DNA of 64,000 nt. Source: Geosiphon pyriformis uo1. Its lineage: Eukaryota; Fungi; Glomeromycota. The notes under the pieces were generated by a model. The model did no database searches. It saw only the letters and a list, made by a program, of their open reading frames with translations, and was not told the DNA's origin. The translations under genes were made by a program, and so were the position numbers. Shown piece after piece: positions 12,180 to 24,778 of the stretch. The DNA is taken from positions 541,483 to 605,482 of the forward strand of contig JAAOMT010000586.1 of assembly GCA_016748015.1 (NCBI GenBank). Reading direction: 5' to 3'. The stretch's first letter is position 1. Each line of letters begins with the position of its first letter.

Positions 12180-15100
12180 CTTGGTTTGGAAATTTGCTAC
12201 ATGTAATGTATGGGGTCTCAGTGTTTTTGCTAAGCAAGTGGATGTTTTCCATTGGCACATGGATTCTGGCTCTATGGTCTCCTTTTTAACTGAGACAAAA
12301 TTGAGATTCTCTATTGGTCTATGGATTAAGGATAAATATGAAGGTGTTCATATCTTTACTTCTGGGTTGGACATTGGTTTTCTTGGTGCTGGTGTTGCTA
12401 TTATCATGAACAATTCTTTGGTTTGTCATGTCTCTAAGGTTGAGGAAGTTCCTGGTCATGTTGTTGCTGTGTGGTTTCTGTTCAAGAATAAACTTTCAGT
12501 TTCTGTTATTAGATTGTATGCTAGTGTGTCCGCTGGTGTTTGTTTTGGTCAGGCTTCTGAGATAAATTCTCTCATTGCTAAGGCTGTTAACTCCAGCACC
12601 TTTGTTGTTTTGGGTGGGAACTTTAACGAAAATGGGTCTGGAAGGAGTGCGAGCTTCAGGTTCTGCTTGAGTTTGGGTTTGGTTAATTTGTTTTCTGGCC
12701 ATCCTTTGGTTGAGGCTACTACATAGGGTAATTCTAAGGGAGTCAAAAGGACAATTGATTTCATTTTTGTTAGTAAGAATTTGGCTTCTGCTGTGGCTGG
12801 CCATAAGATTGGCCCAGTTTTGGACTTTTTTGACACCGATCACAATACTGTTATGGTCTCTGTTGGTTTGGGAGGGCTCTTGAATGTCCGTTTGAATAGC
12901 TTGCACAAGCAGGCTAACAGAGATCACTAGAAGTTTAATATCAAGGATACAGATGTTACTGGGCAGTCTTGTTTCAAGAACTGCTCCTCTGTTAAGGTTT
13001 TAGGTATGAAGGATAATTTTCTTGCCACTGCTGCTAAGCAAGATCTGGATGCTATGTGGTTTCTGCTGGAAAAGGTGTTGGTAGATTCTGCGGATGAAAT
13101 TTTTTCTTGGCGTTGGTTCAGTGAATTTCAGTGTTTGAAAAATAAACAATCCTCTAGGTTTATGGGCTTGGAGTTGCTAATCATCAAAATTGTCAAGAAA
13201 TTTGGCTCAGCTAATGTCTTTGGTTTTAATTGTCTTGTGAAGAAATGGTCTACATTGGATGCTGCCAAGGCTCTCGTGTTGATAGATATGGTTCAATCAG
13301 GTCAAAGGAAGGATGTTGTTCTTAAAATTCTTGTCGGTCATCAAAAAAGAGTACAGAAAGTCCAAGTTATATAAATCAAACTTGGCACAAGAGGCTTCTA
13401 TCAGGGAAGCTATTGAAAAGCGCATAGGGAAGTTTTGTTCTGACAAGGGTAACATGATTAAGAGTGTCTTGAATCGGCCTTTTCGAAAGGTTGTGTTGGA
13501 TCATTTAGTCATTAACAATGAGCTTATTTTGGAGTCTGAGGAGGTAAAATTGAAAGTTGACAGTATTATGGAGGATTGGACGAGGAAGCGGATGGTGCCT
13601 TTGATGTTGCCTGATTTCTGGGCCCGTTAGTATGCCCTTTTGGCTCATGTTAAGGATGATACTTTTTCTGGTGTTATGAGTGCTATCACTTTGGATGAAT
13701 TGCTTTTGGTTGTTGGTGGTTTGCTTGATGGCAAGACTGCTGGTTTGTTTGGCATTCCTAATAAACTTTGGAAATGGGTTGGTAAGGAAGTATTGGAATG
13801 TCTCTTGATCCTGTTGAATTTGTGTCTGTCTGTTGGTTCAGTACCTGCTTTATGGAAGAGGGCCTGGGTTTTGATGATCCCAAAGCCTTATGATTGGGAT
13901 GGAGTTCTGACAAACACTTGCCCTATCGTTTTGTTAGAGACGGCCAGAAAGATTCTCTCCAAGATTCTTTCAGATAGAATTTCTTTTGCATGCAGTAGGT
14001 TTGGTGTTCTCTGTGATGACAATTTCTCAGTATTAAAGGGTACGTCTACACAATCTCCTGTGTTTGCTGTTGGATTAGTGGTTAAGGATGCTCTTGAGAA
14101 AAATAGAAAACTTTGGTTAGTTTTACAGGATATGCGCAAGGCATACGATTCTGTTGGTTGGCACCACTTAAGAGCTAGTCTGCGGCGTATCAAGATGTGT
14201 GGCAGATTTATTGACTTTTTTGGTAGCATTCATGAAGACAGGGTTAATAGGATGATGACTGATTTTGGTCTTTCAAATGGTTATAAGGTGCATGATGACC
14301 TTGATCAGGGTGAAGTTTTCTTGCCTCTCCTTTGGAGAATCTTTTATGACCCACTCTTGTGTGAAGTTAAAAGGCATGAACATTTGTGTAGTTATCGTAT
14401 TGATACTAAGTTTGTGGCGAGGACTGGCAGAATTGAGAATAGTGGTAGGATGTCTTCATTCTTTGCTATTGGCGCTTTTGTGGATAATACAATTTGGATT
14501 GGAGATTGTCAAGCTTCCATGCAGTATGCTTTAAATATCACTAATAAGTTCTTTTATATCAATGATATTTCCATAAACAATGAGAAAACAGTGGCTATAC
14601 CTATTAATCAGGGTGTTAAGATTGCTGCGTTAAGTATAAATGGTCAACCAATTTCTATTGCCAGGAAAGGCAAAGCTCACAGATATCTGGGAATTTTTCT
14701 GTTGACTGAAGAGTTGTCTAAACCAAGTTTGGCCAAGGCTCACTCAGATGTTTGTTTCTTTGTCAACAGAGTGCTCAGAAAGGCAATCACAAATAAGCAA
14801 TTTTCATATTTGGTGTCAGCTGTTTTGCAGCCCATTGTTAGTTATCGTACTCAGTTTAGTTTTGTTTCATCTGGTGTTTGCCGCAAGTGAGATGTTTTAG
14901 TTAAGAAGGGCTTCAGATCTAAGGCACATCTATCTTGTGATTTTCCTGATGCTGCTTTGCATCATCCTTCTTTGTATGGTCTGAAATCTTTTGAGCAGGT
15001 GCAATCTAAAGGGAAGATGGCTTCTTTGGTCTCATTTGCTAATGCATTTGGTATTCTTAGACACTTGTTTGAGCATAGATTTTTGGATTTACAGGTTCTG

Positions 15101-16796
15101 AGTTGGGCCCCTTTGAATCCATTGCAATATCCTGTTAAGTTGTATGTTAGTCTGGTAAACAATTTTTTAGTAAGTGTGATAAAGATTTTTATGAATATTG
15201 ATTTTTCTTTAGTGAACAATCTTCCCAATGCTTTCTGTCATCCTGGTCACTTTCCAATGCCTTCGATTCTTGGGAAATCTTTATACTTCGATTTTGTTTG
15301 TTCTCTTAAGCATTTTGGTGTTGCTTTCGGTGATCAGCTTTTCAATAAAAAAGGGTTGTTGTTGGATTGGAAGACATTTCGTCATTGGAAGCATTTGGAT
15401 TCACAGGGTCCTGTGCCTCTTTGGTTCATGGTTGCTTCTAAGTACTTTTTGGATCAGGGTCTTTTTTTCTCTCGCCCACCTGTTGTTGTTCGATCTGGTG
15501 GTGTAAACATTTTGGAGTCTGATGTGTCAAGTGGTGCTGTTGCGTATTTTCCAGCTCTGGGATTGGGTGTTGGAATCAAAGTTTGTGGCCTGTTATCTTC
15601 CACTGTGGTGGAGTTGCAGGCTGTTGCTCTGGCTTTGGAATGTGTTTTCTTATCTAGTTCTGTAGTGTTGTATCTTGACAGCCAAGCTGCTATCGATGCA
15701 TGCATTTCTGAGATGTTGCTTGAGGTACCAGATTTCTGCAGTTGCTGCTGGGTCGAGAGGAGACATGTTTTCAACTTGATTAAGGATAAGGATCTTAGGG
15801 TAAGTTGGGTCAAAGTCAAAGGTCATGCTGGTGTTCTTGGCAATGTGGAAGCCAATAAATTTGCTGGTGAGGCTGCCTGCTTCTCTTTTGTTTTGCTGAT
15901 GAAAATACAGGAGTGTTTTTTGGTGGCTGATAACATGGTGGTTTCAGGCAATGCCTGCCACTTTGTCAGAGACGTGTTTAGGTCTATTTGTCGTGCTTGT
16001 TGGAAGGCTAGTCCTGGTCAGGATGTGGTTTCAGTTGACATGTTGGGGGATTTTGATTGGGCTGCTTCTGCAAAGATCTGGCACCCTGACTCTTACATGC
16101 TCACTGGGTTTACTAGCTGCAAGTTAGCAGATCTTCGTACATATTTGATGAAGACATTACATAAGAGGTTGCCAGTGGCTGTCAGAAAGAGGCTGTATAA
16201 CAGATGTTACCCAGGTGTTCAGTGTTTGTTGTGTGGTGAGCAATAGCCAGTAATAAGAATATTTCGAGGTGGAGCTGCTTAACCATGTTTTCACTTGTTC
16301 ACAGGATGTTCATATCCAGGGGAAGATTTTGCTGGAGGCTTCTGCATAGTGGATCTCTTTGGTTGGTGTTCATGATCTGTTCGCTTCCTTTGTTCTTTAG
16401 GTCCTTGATTCTTGTCATTTGGATGTTGGCAGATATTCAGTTTTATGTAAGAGTTTTGTGTTGAAGGTTTGGTGTATTGAGGCAGCAGGTGTTTTCAATA
16501 ATGTTAAAAAGGCTTCCTGTGTTGTGATTGACTTTGTAAGGTTTTTGGCTGAGTTGTACTGATCTAGGGTCTGGTTGGTTAGATCTAGGTTCAGGGCAGA
16601 CATAGAGAGAGCTGGCTTAGTCAGTGATGATGGCTTGGTGTCAGATCTGTCCTGTTGTATGTCTTCTGTGCTTTCTGATAATGTGGTAAGAATGTTTGGT
16701 ATTACTGAGTCTTTTGCTGTCAGTTTTGGCCATCTTAGGCCTTGCCTTTTTTTTTCAGGTCTGGATGGTAGACCTCGTGTTAATATTAGTGTGTAG
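12172..16796 (+). pseudogene. LINE B ORF2 (APE-RT-RNaseH-CCHC)
   Basis: WKFATCNV, ETKL, GGNFNE; LQDMRKAYDSVGW, QGEVF, AFVDN; ELQA, DSQAA, WVKVKGH; many stops; in-frame loss of the RNase H N-terminus. Confidence 0.92.
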
Positions 16797-19734
16797 TGTT
16801 GCCTAGATTGGCCTGAATGGCTAGTTACATGTTGTCAATATGTAAATCGCATTTAGTTTGGACCATTTAGTTTGGCTCTATGTACAAGATAGTGGTTGGG
16901 CTTCACTTATTAAATGCTTAATAAAAAAAAAATAAGTTTTTTATTATTAATAATATTTTAATTAACAATAAAAAAACAGTGACTATTTCTATTAACCAGA
17001 GTGTTAAAACTGTTTTACTAAAAATCAGTAATTTGCTAATTTTAATTGCTAAAAAAAGTAAATTACATAAATATTTTGAGATTTTTTTGTTAACTAAGAA
17101 TTTGTTTAAGTTTAATATAGTTCAAGCTTATTTTAATCTTAGGCTTTTTGCCAATGTAGTGTTAAAAAAGACAATTATAGATAAGCAGTTCTCTTATTTA
17201 ATATTAACTGTTTTGTAATTTATAATTAATTATTAGTTGTAATTTAGTTTTGTTTTGTCAAATATGTATTATAAATAAGACATAATAGTCAAAAAAATTT
17301 TAAGGCTAAGACCAATTTGCTGTAAAACTTTTTTAATAAAGTATTATATTATTTTTTTTTATATAATTTAAAATTTTTTAAGCAGATGTAATCTAAAAGA
17401 AAATTGGCTTTAGTAATCACTTTTTTAAATACTTTTAGTATTTTTAAGTATTTATTTGATTACAGATTTTTGGATTTACAAATTTTAAGATTGATTTCTT
17501 TGAATTTTTACAATTTTTGTCAGATTGTATGTTAATCTAGTGAAAAATTTTTGGCTAAAGTAATAAAATTTTTTTGAACAATAATTTATTTTTAATAAAT
17601 AATTTGTCTAATATATTTTATAATTCTTGTATATTTTTAATGTTAAACATTTTGGAAAAGTTTTTATATTATAGTTTAGTTTATTTTTTAAAATAATTTA
17701 AAGTTGTATTTAATAACAGATTTTTAAACAAAAAAAACAATGTGATAAATTAAAAAACATTTTATTAATAAAAAAAGTTGAATTTTAGAAGCTCTATATT
17801 TTACTGATTTGAACTAATATCTAAATTTTTGTGTAATAAAAATTCTTTAAAAATTGGTTCTGCTAGTATTAATAAATTATATGGTTTGAATATTTTGAAT
17901 TCTAAAAAGTTTTCTAATATATAGAGATATTTACATAAAATTTGGTTAAGTCTTATTAAAATATACACAGTTAGATCTTTAAAAAATGCAAATTTGTTGA
18001 AATCACTAATAGAGCTACAACATATTTTTTAGTTATAAATATAAATGTTAATATTAAAGTATATAGACTTTTGTTTTTTATAATAACTAAATTATAGATT
18101 GTTGTTTTGTCTTAGAGATATATTTTATTTTTTTATACAATAATATTGTATCTAAATAGCCAAATTATTTTTAATATATATGTGTCTAAGATTATGTTTG
18201 CTGTATTAAACTTTTGTAATTAATACTAAATAGAAAAAAAACATATTGCAAATTTTAATAAAAAATAAAAATCTCTTGGTTAGATAAATAAAAATTAAAA
18301 ATTATTCAGAAGTTTTAAGCAATATTAAAGCTAATATAATAATAAGCAAAATCACTTATTCTTTCTTTTTTTGTTAATTAGAGTACATAAACATTTTATA
18401 GTAATTAAAACTATAGTTATATCTAATAATACTTGTTATTTTGTTTGTAATTTATATGGATTTATTTGTTATATTTATTGAAAAGCTAGTTTTATTGACA
18501 GAAGATTTATCAATTTGTATATATATTTAATAAAAGCTATATATAAATGGCTGTCAGTAGTAATTAGAAAAAAATTGTATAATAAAACATATTTAAGTAT
18601 ATTGTATTTGCTATGTAGTAAGATAGAACTGTCAAATTATGTCTTTATTTGTGCTGAAAATAGTAGTGTTTACAAAAAAATATTGATAAAAACTTTTAAA
18701 TAGTGAGTGTTATTAGTAAGTGCTTGTACTTTTTCTTTTTTTCTGCTGTCTTAAAAATTTTTTCAATGTGTTTATTAGATATAAGCTTGTATATAATGGT
18801 TTATAAGAAATTTGTGCTAAAAAATTAATATATAAAAACTGTTGTGGCTCTTAAAAAAAGAAAAGAAACAGTTTCTGTTGTTGTTAAATTTATTAAACAA
18901 TTGGTAAAATTATATTATTTAAAAATATAGCTTGTAAGATTTAAATATAAAGTAAATATAAAAAAAACTGGCTTGATCAAAGATAATAAATTGGTATTAA
19001 ACTTGTCTTGTAATATAAAAACTGTTTTGTTAAATGAAATGGTTTAATTGTTTAATATTATTAAATCTTTTGAAGTTGGTTTTAATAAATACAAACTGTG
19101 TTCTTTTTTTTCTGGTTTAAATAATAATATATATGTTTATATAAATATGTAATATTGTTTTGTCTGATTTAAGTAACTGGTTACATATAATAAAAATATG
19201 AATTATATTTAGTTTAAGTTATTTAATCTGGTTTTATATACTAAATAGTGATTGAATTTTACTTGTAAAAAATTATAATAAAAAAAAATATATTATATTA
19301 TTAAGTAATTTTTTTTATTAGTTTTTGTATCTATAATTTGAAAACATTATATTGTTTTTATAGTTTTAAATATTAAAAAAAATCTTATATTTACAATTAT
19401 ATTTTTATTTATAGAAAAGATATTTAAAAACAACAAATAATTTTTAAATTGTCAAATAATTATAAACTATATATACAAAACAAAAAAGTTGTGTTTAATA
19501 TATTCAAATATTAAATTTTTAATAAAAATAAAAATTTAAATGTAGTTTTTTAATTAAATTGGCCAAAAAAATAACAATTTTACTTATTAAACTATTTTTT
19601 ATTATTATTATTATGTTTTAACAAAGTGTGCCCAAACACTATCTAATACTATGTACCACTAAGAAATTATAAATTAGACGTGAATCACACATTTTCTACA
19701 TGTGACAAACTACTCGAGTCAGTCAAAGCACTAA

Positions 19735-22700
19735 CTAAGCTGAAACAATAGGAGGTGGAAATAATCCCAATCCACAAATTTTTTTAATAACACTATTTAG
19801 ATTCCTAGAATCAAAAATAAACTCACTAAAAAATAATCTAGTAGATTCAACACTATTTCTAACCTTAACACCCAACATCCGCCACAAAGCTATAATACAC
19901 TCAATAGTGTCTTCACTTAAGAGAGAAGGTTTGACAGCCTGCATATTATTATAATTCATGCCACCAAAGTCAATTTTAGATCTAAAACAAGCAATGTCCT
20001 TAGACACACCAACCAAAAGATTGGCAAAATTTTTAAAAACATATTTTATAAAAAGGAGATCTTTCTCAATCTAAACCACTTTAACAGCATTATTATCAAG
20101 AAGACAAGATACCAAAACAACCAAAGAGCCAACAGGCTTAACAATAGACTTTACCAAAGCAGCCAAAACCAAAATCTGCTTTTCCAAAAAGTTCAATCTG
20201 AACCCAACAGCAGAATCAACTATAGCCACAGGAGGGGTTGTTACCAGACGAAATTAGAGATATCATTTAGCATGAAACTATCTTATAATTCCTATCATTA
20301 ATTAGCATATATTATCATTTCAAATTATCACTTATTACATTAACAAAAATGTCCGAAATTATCATTTAATTAATAATCCAAATTGTACACAACACAAATG
20401 TAACCTAATTGCGATAATCAATCATGTAATACCCCAAACTATATAACATTCAAAAATTCGCTGAAATTTATAGAAATTTGCTGAAATAATTGATAGTTCA
20501 CCAAAATATCTAATAGTTTACAGAAATAACTTGTAGTTTGCTGAAATGTATCTTTAGTTCAGCAAAATTGTAGAAAATAGCAAAGTTCAAGTTCATAAAA
20601 TAGTGTTACAACAAGTTGTATAAAAGAAGAGCTTCTCTCTTCGAGAAAATGTATCTTTCTTTAGATTTATCACTTAGAACCATTCCTATACACACAAAAA
20701 GAAATAAATATTAAATAATTCAAAAAAACCAAATTCTTTAATTATTGTACTTGGAAAATCCCCAAAAATCCAACTAACATCTCGAAATTGATTAGCTACC
20801 AATTTCAGTAAACTGTTAGTAACTCCAGGCCTGGATAGAAAACGTTTCTCTTGACAAAAATTCTATTTCTTTTACATTTCTTTTATTTTTCTTTTATTTT
20901 CTTATTACATTCATTAGGGTAGTCTACAGACGAGATTCCTGTAGAAAAGTTGACTTTCACAGCAAAGTAACTACACATTTTTAGTAAGCTTCCAAATGAG
21001 CAATTCCTGGGAAAGAGTTGATGTTTACTACAATGTAACTACATAAAGTAACTGGCACAGAATTGGCCATTCCACTTATAAGCCCAGCAGTTCAAATTAT
21101 AGAAGATAATTTGAAGATAAATTCAGTTACTGGAGGTTCAACCACATTCAGAAAATGTGAATTCACAGCAAACAGACATTAACAACATTTAGAAAAAGAG
21201 ACCAAAAACCTCTGGTAACAGGGTGGAAGCCACCAAAAGAGAAAATTCAGACATAACAGAGGGAGCAAATGTCTTAGCATAGAACAAAAAACCAACAAAA
21301 TGTGGTTTGAATATTATGGGAGTCTTAGGAAAGGAAGATGAAGCAACTTCACAGTCAGCAACCAAATGGCCCAATTTTTAACACTTAAAACAATGCTGAT
21401 AACCAGAGGTTTCTTACCAAATATGGCACTTCTTTAGTGTACTAGTTTTGACAACAGCAAAATTCAAATCAGCTTGAGAACCAAATGTAATCAGAGCAAA
21501 CTGGAAACAATGACCAAATTTAAGAAAATAAGAAATAAAGCATGTTCAATCACCAACTTGAGAAATCGTATTACTAATCTCAAAAGCTGTGCATCCAGAA
21601 GAAAAATTGACCAACTTGGCTTTAAACTTATCACAAGACAAAATAGTCTCATTTTGATTCACCAGAAGAAGGATTCTAACACTATCCTTGTCCACCAAGA
21701 CAGACCAATAATTCAAAATAGACACAGCAGAGTTCAACATTTCAAAATAAACCACCACATACTGCTAAACACCAGCAGACTTCAGCACAACATAAGTGAT
21801 ACTACCAAACACACTGAGAGCCATCTTAATATCAACAGCAGACACACTTAAGGGCACATCACACAGCGCAACAGCAGCAGAAGAGGAACCAGACTCAGAA
21901 ATCACCAAAGACTTGGCAATTTTGAGAGTGGCCAAATGTACAAAGCTTGTAAGCTCGACCAAAAATGCAGTTTTCAAAGACACTTGAGAAGCAAACTCCA
22001 CACAAAACAGCTTCATATTGTCTTTTGACACTGACTTTGCACCCAAGAAACCATGTACTGACTGAAAAACAGCCTTAACATGAGCCAATTTGATCTTGAA
22101 AATAGCACCAAGCATCAGAGTAGAGGCCACCCACCCAATAAACTTTTAATGACTAGTAATAGTTTCTCAAACACCACCAGAAATAGCACCAGAAACTAAA
22201 GGAGGAGATGATTCAGTTTCCATTTGATCAGCCCAGTTCTCAAGAACAGATAACCCAACAGGAAGAAATTGTTTTGCTTCTAAAACCAGCAATGATCTAC
22301 TAAAAGACATCACATTTGGCAACACAGCCAGTGATTGATCTTGGCCCATCTTGGATAATGTGTCAGATGATGCTATGGAGATCTCATCTAAGATCTTATT
22401 GGGAACCACAAAGGAGTTCAGTGTAACAATAGCAAAGGCAAGTAACTGCTCCCACTTTTCTGAACTTTTGGTCTTTTTGATCATTTTCTTTGAAGAGGAG
22501 GTGCTAGAAGCACCAAATATTGAAGCTATAGAGGGGAACACCAGCTTATTTACTGGTTTATTATTAAAAATTTTTGGGCTCTTTAAAGGAGTTAAGGCAA
22601 CACTGAGACTAATCCAAATGTGTCTCTTTGAGAGAACTTTGACTGATAAGAAACCAGCCAAAAATGAAAAAGTTGCTTCAGTGGCTATCAAAGGCAGCTT

Positions 22701-22850
22701 TTCACAATTACTGGATAAAAAGAAGGCTTCTAAAACGTTTTGTCTAGTTGTTTTTACAACAGAGACAGCTTTTCTGATTGAAATTTTATTAGATATCTTA
22801 GGACAGATATCAGATACAGCTTTTTTACTCTTTGTTCTGATTATGGTCAT
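19735..22850 (-). pseudogene. Gag-like ORF, 710 codons after removing the solo LTR and one TSD copy
   Basis: Listed ORFs starting at 22850, 22130, 21758, 21374 and 20016 fall in one frame once 986 nt are removed. RRM-like segments and a CFKC*KLGHLVADC (CX2CX4HX4C) knuckle at ~21350-21395. Confidence 0.85.
20239..21220 (+). mobile_element. Solo LTR (982 bp)
   Basis: 10-bp terminal inverted repeats TGTTACCAGA/TCTGGTAACA; 4-bp TSD GGGT (20235-20238, 21221-21224); homologous to LTR 882-1333. Confidence 0.95.
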
Positions 22851-23299
22851 AAAATTAAGGAGACAAAGAGTTTTTTTTTACTATTTTTTTGATTAATTTA
22901 TAATTTTTTTAAATATTTTGTCTTATTTTTTTATTATAATATATATTATTTAATAAAAAAGCTTTAAATAATATTATAAAAGTTTAATAATAGTTGTAAT
23001 TCTATAAAAAAATGATTTATGTACATATTTTAAAACTATATATTTAACTGTTTTTTTTGTTTAATTAAATTTATTAAAATAGTTTTATATATTTTTTTAA
23101 TTGATTATAATAATTAAACAAAATAAAAATTAATAAACAAATAATATAAAATATTTTTTTATTTAATTTTATTAAACTTAAACAAGTTAATAAATTTTAA
23201 ACCAAATTTAAACTTGTTAAAAAGATTTATTTTTGAATTTAAACTGAATCTACTTTGAAAATTTGGTTTAATTTAATTTAGTTTATTGAATTTTATTTA

Positions 23300-23857
23300 T
23301 AAATATTTTGTTTTTGTTATTTTTGGTCTTATAAATTTCTATTTTTGTGTTTTTAATAATGTTTTGTATATTGTTTTTTATAAAAGTTTTGTTTTTAAAA
23401 TATAATTTGCCAAAACTGTATTAATTTTCAAAAATATTAAATTAATATATTTGTATTTAATTATTTATACATAGTAATTAATATTAAATTACAAAAAAAA
23501 AGTGTAATTATATAGATTTAAGTATAAAGTTATAATAAAAAAAGTGATTTAATTAATAATAATAAGTTTATTATATATAATTTATGTAATTTATTAGATA
23601 ATTTGTTTGATAAAATTGTTTATATACTTAATATTATTAAATTTTTTACAGTTGGTTTTAATTACACAATAAATATTTGTTTTTTTTAATCTAAATAATA
23701 ATATTAATATTTTTATAAATATATAATATAATTTTAATTAGCTCAAATAGTTAGTCATATATAATAAATTTATAAATTATATTTAATTATAAATACTTAG
23801 TTTGTTTATATATACTAGGCAATAATTAAATTATATTTATTAAATATTTAATAAAAA
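23300..23857 (+). mobile_element. Extremely decayed LINE 3' end
   Basis: Recognisable AT-converted family 3' UTR (...tagttagtcatat...cttagtttgttt...tactaggc...aataaaaaa) at ~23720-23857. Left boundary is approximate. Confidence 0.55.
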
Positions 23858-24178
23858 ACACTTAATATTTTTAAATTATTAAAAAATAAAAAACTTGTTT
23901 AAATTTTAATTATATTATAAACAATATTATATTTTTAAATTTAAAGTTTAAACTTTTTAAGTATATATAAATTTAAAAAATAAAAAACTTTTTTAAAGTT
24001 TATTTAAAACCCAAAATTTTATAAAATAATAGTAAAAAATAAAAGATAACTTAAATAAATTAATTTTATTTATTACTATAAAATGTAATTTAATAAATAT
24101 AATTTTTAAATGTTTTTTAAATTTTTATGTGTTTAATTATACGTAAAAGCCACCCAAAAAAAATTACAAAAAGTTTAC

Positions 24179-24282
24179 AAACAATATTTAAAGACAATAC
24201 AAAATCATGTGATTTTTTCAAATTAATATTAAACAGTATTTAAAGACAGTATAAAATTATACAATTTTTTTAGATTAGTATT
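24179..24282 (+). repeat. Two tandem 52-bp units; AT-converted homologs of the element at 42121-42175
   Basis: aaacaatatttaaagacaatacaaaatcatgtgattttttcaaattaatatt followed by aaacagtatttaaagacagtataaaattatacaatttttttagattagtatt. Confidence 0.8.
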
Positions 24283-24778
24283 AATAAGTTATATTAATTA
24301 TAATTAGTTATATATAAATATAATTTATGATTAAAATATCTATCTATATATTATAATAATTAGTTTTACAATGATAATTAAAATAATAATAGCATTTAAA
24401 ATTAGAACAATTGAGAAGAATCAAATATTTTTGCACATTTGAATATTTTTTATAATTAAATATTTTTATATAATTAAATTTTTTAATTAAAATAATTAGA
24501 ATAAAACTTGTTATATTAATAAAATATACAAATATATATACTAAAAAAATTAGAAAAAGATGTTTTAAATATTATATATAATAAAAAAGTTTTTATTTAC
24601 AAAATTTTAATTATATTATATTATATTATTTTAATTATATATTAAAATTAAAATTAAAAAAAAAAACTTCTTTCTCTCTTATTTCCACAAATTCTCAAAA
24701 AGCACTTTTGTGATAAAGAAGTTTTTTATTTTTTCTTATTAGTATTTCACAATTTCACTTTCTAATAACCCCTTTTTC

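Larger units (their letters stand above)
10160..16932 (+). mobile_element. LINE copy B, near full length, inserted into the RT region of the old LINE
   Basis: TSD TAAGTTTTTTAT at 10148-10159 and 16933-16944. 5' CTTTCTCTC motif, ORF1, ORF2, 3' UTR, AATAAA-polyA. Confidence 0.95.
7798..19288 (+). mobile_element. Old, heavily AT-converted LINE of the same family, present as 7798-7923, 8896-10159 and 16933-19288
   Basis: ORF2 homology continues across both insertions (e.g. ...ILDIASKFF | IINNILINNKKTVTISINQ; ORFs 16979-17218, 18515-18703). Ends in a decayed family 3' UTR and polyA at ~19150-19288. Confidence 0.85.
19601..22879 (-). mobile_element. ORF1(gag)-only non-autonomous non-LTR retroelement (HAL1-like), interrupted by a solo LTR
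   Basis: TSD ACTATTTTTT at 19591-19600 and 22880-22889; (TAA)n tail. The LINE-family 3' UTR follows directly after the ORF stop. 5' AAAACTCTTTGTCTC motif; no APE/RT/RNase H sequence. Confidence 0.85.

Noticed and set aside
24179-24282. CRISPR-like or telomeric array (also considered for 55961-56055)
   Set aside because: Only 2-4 degenerate adjacent units, no spacers, eukaryotic context.
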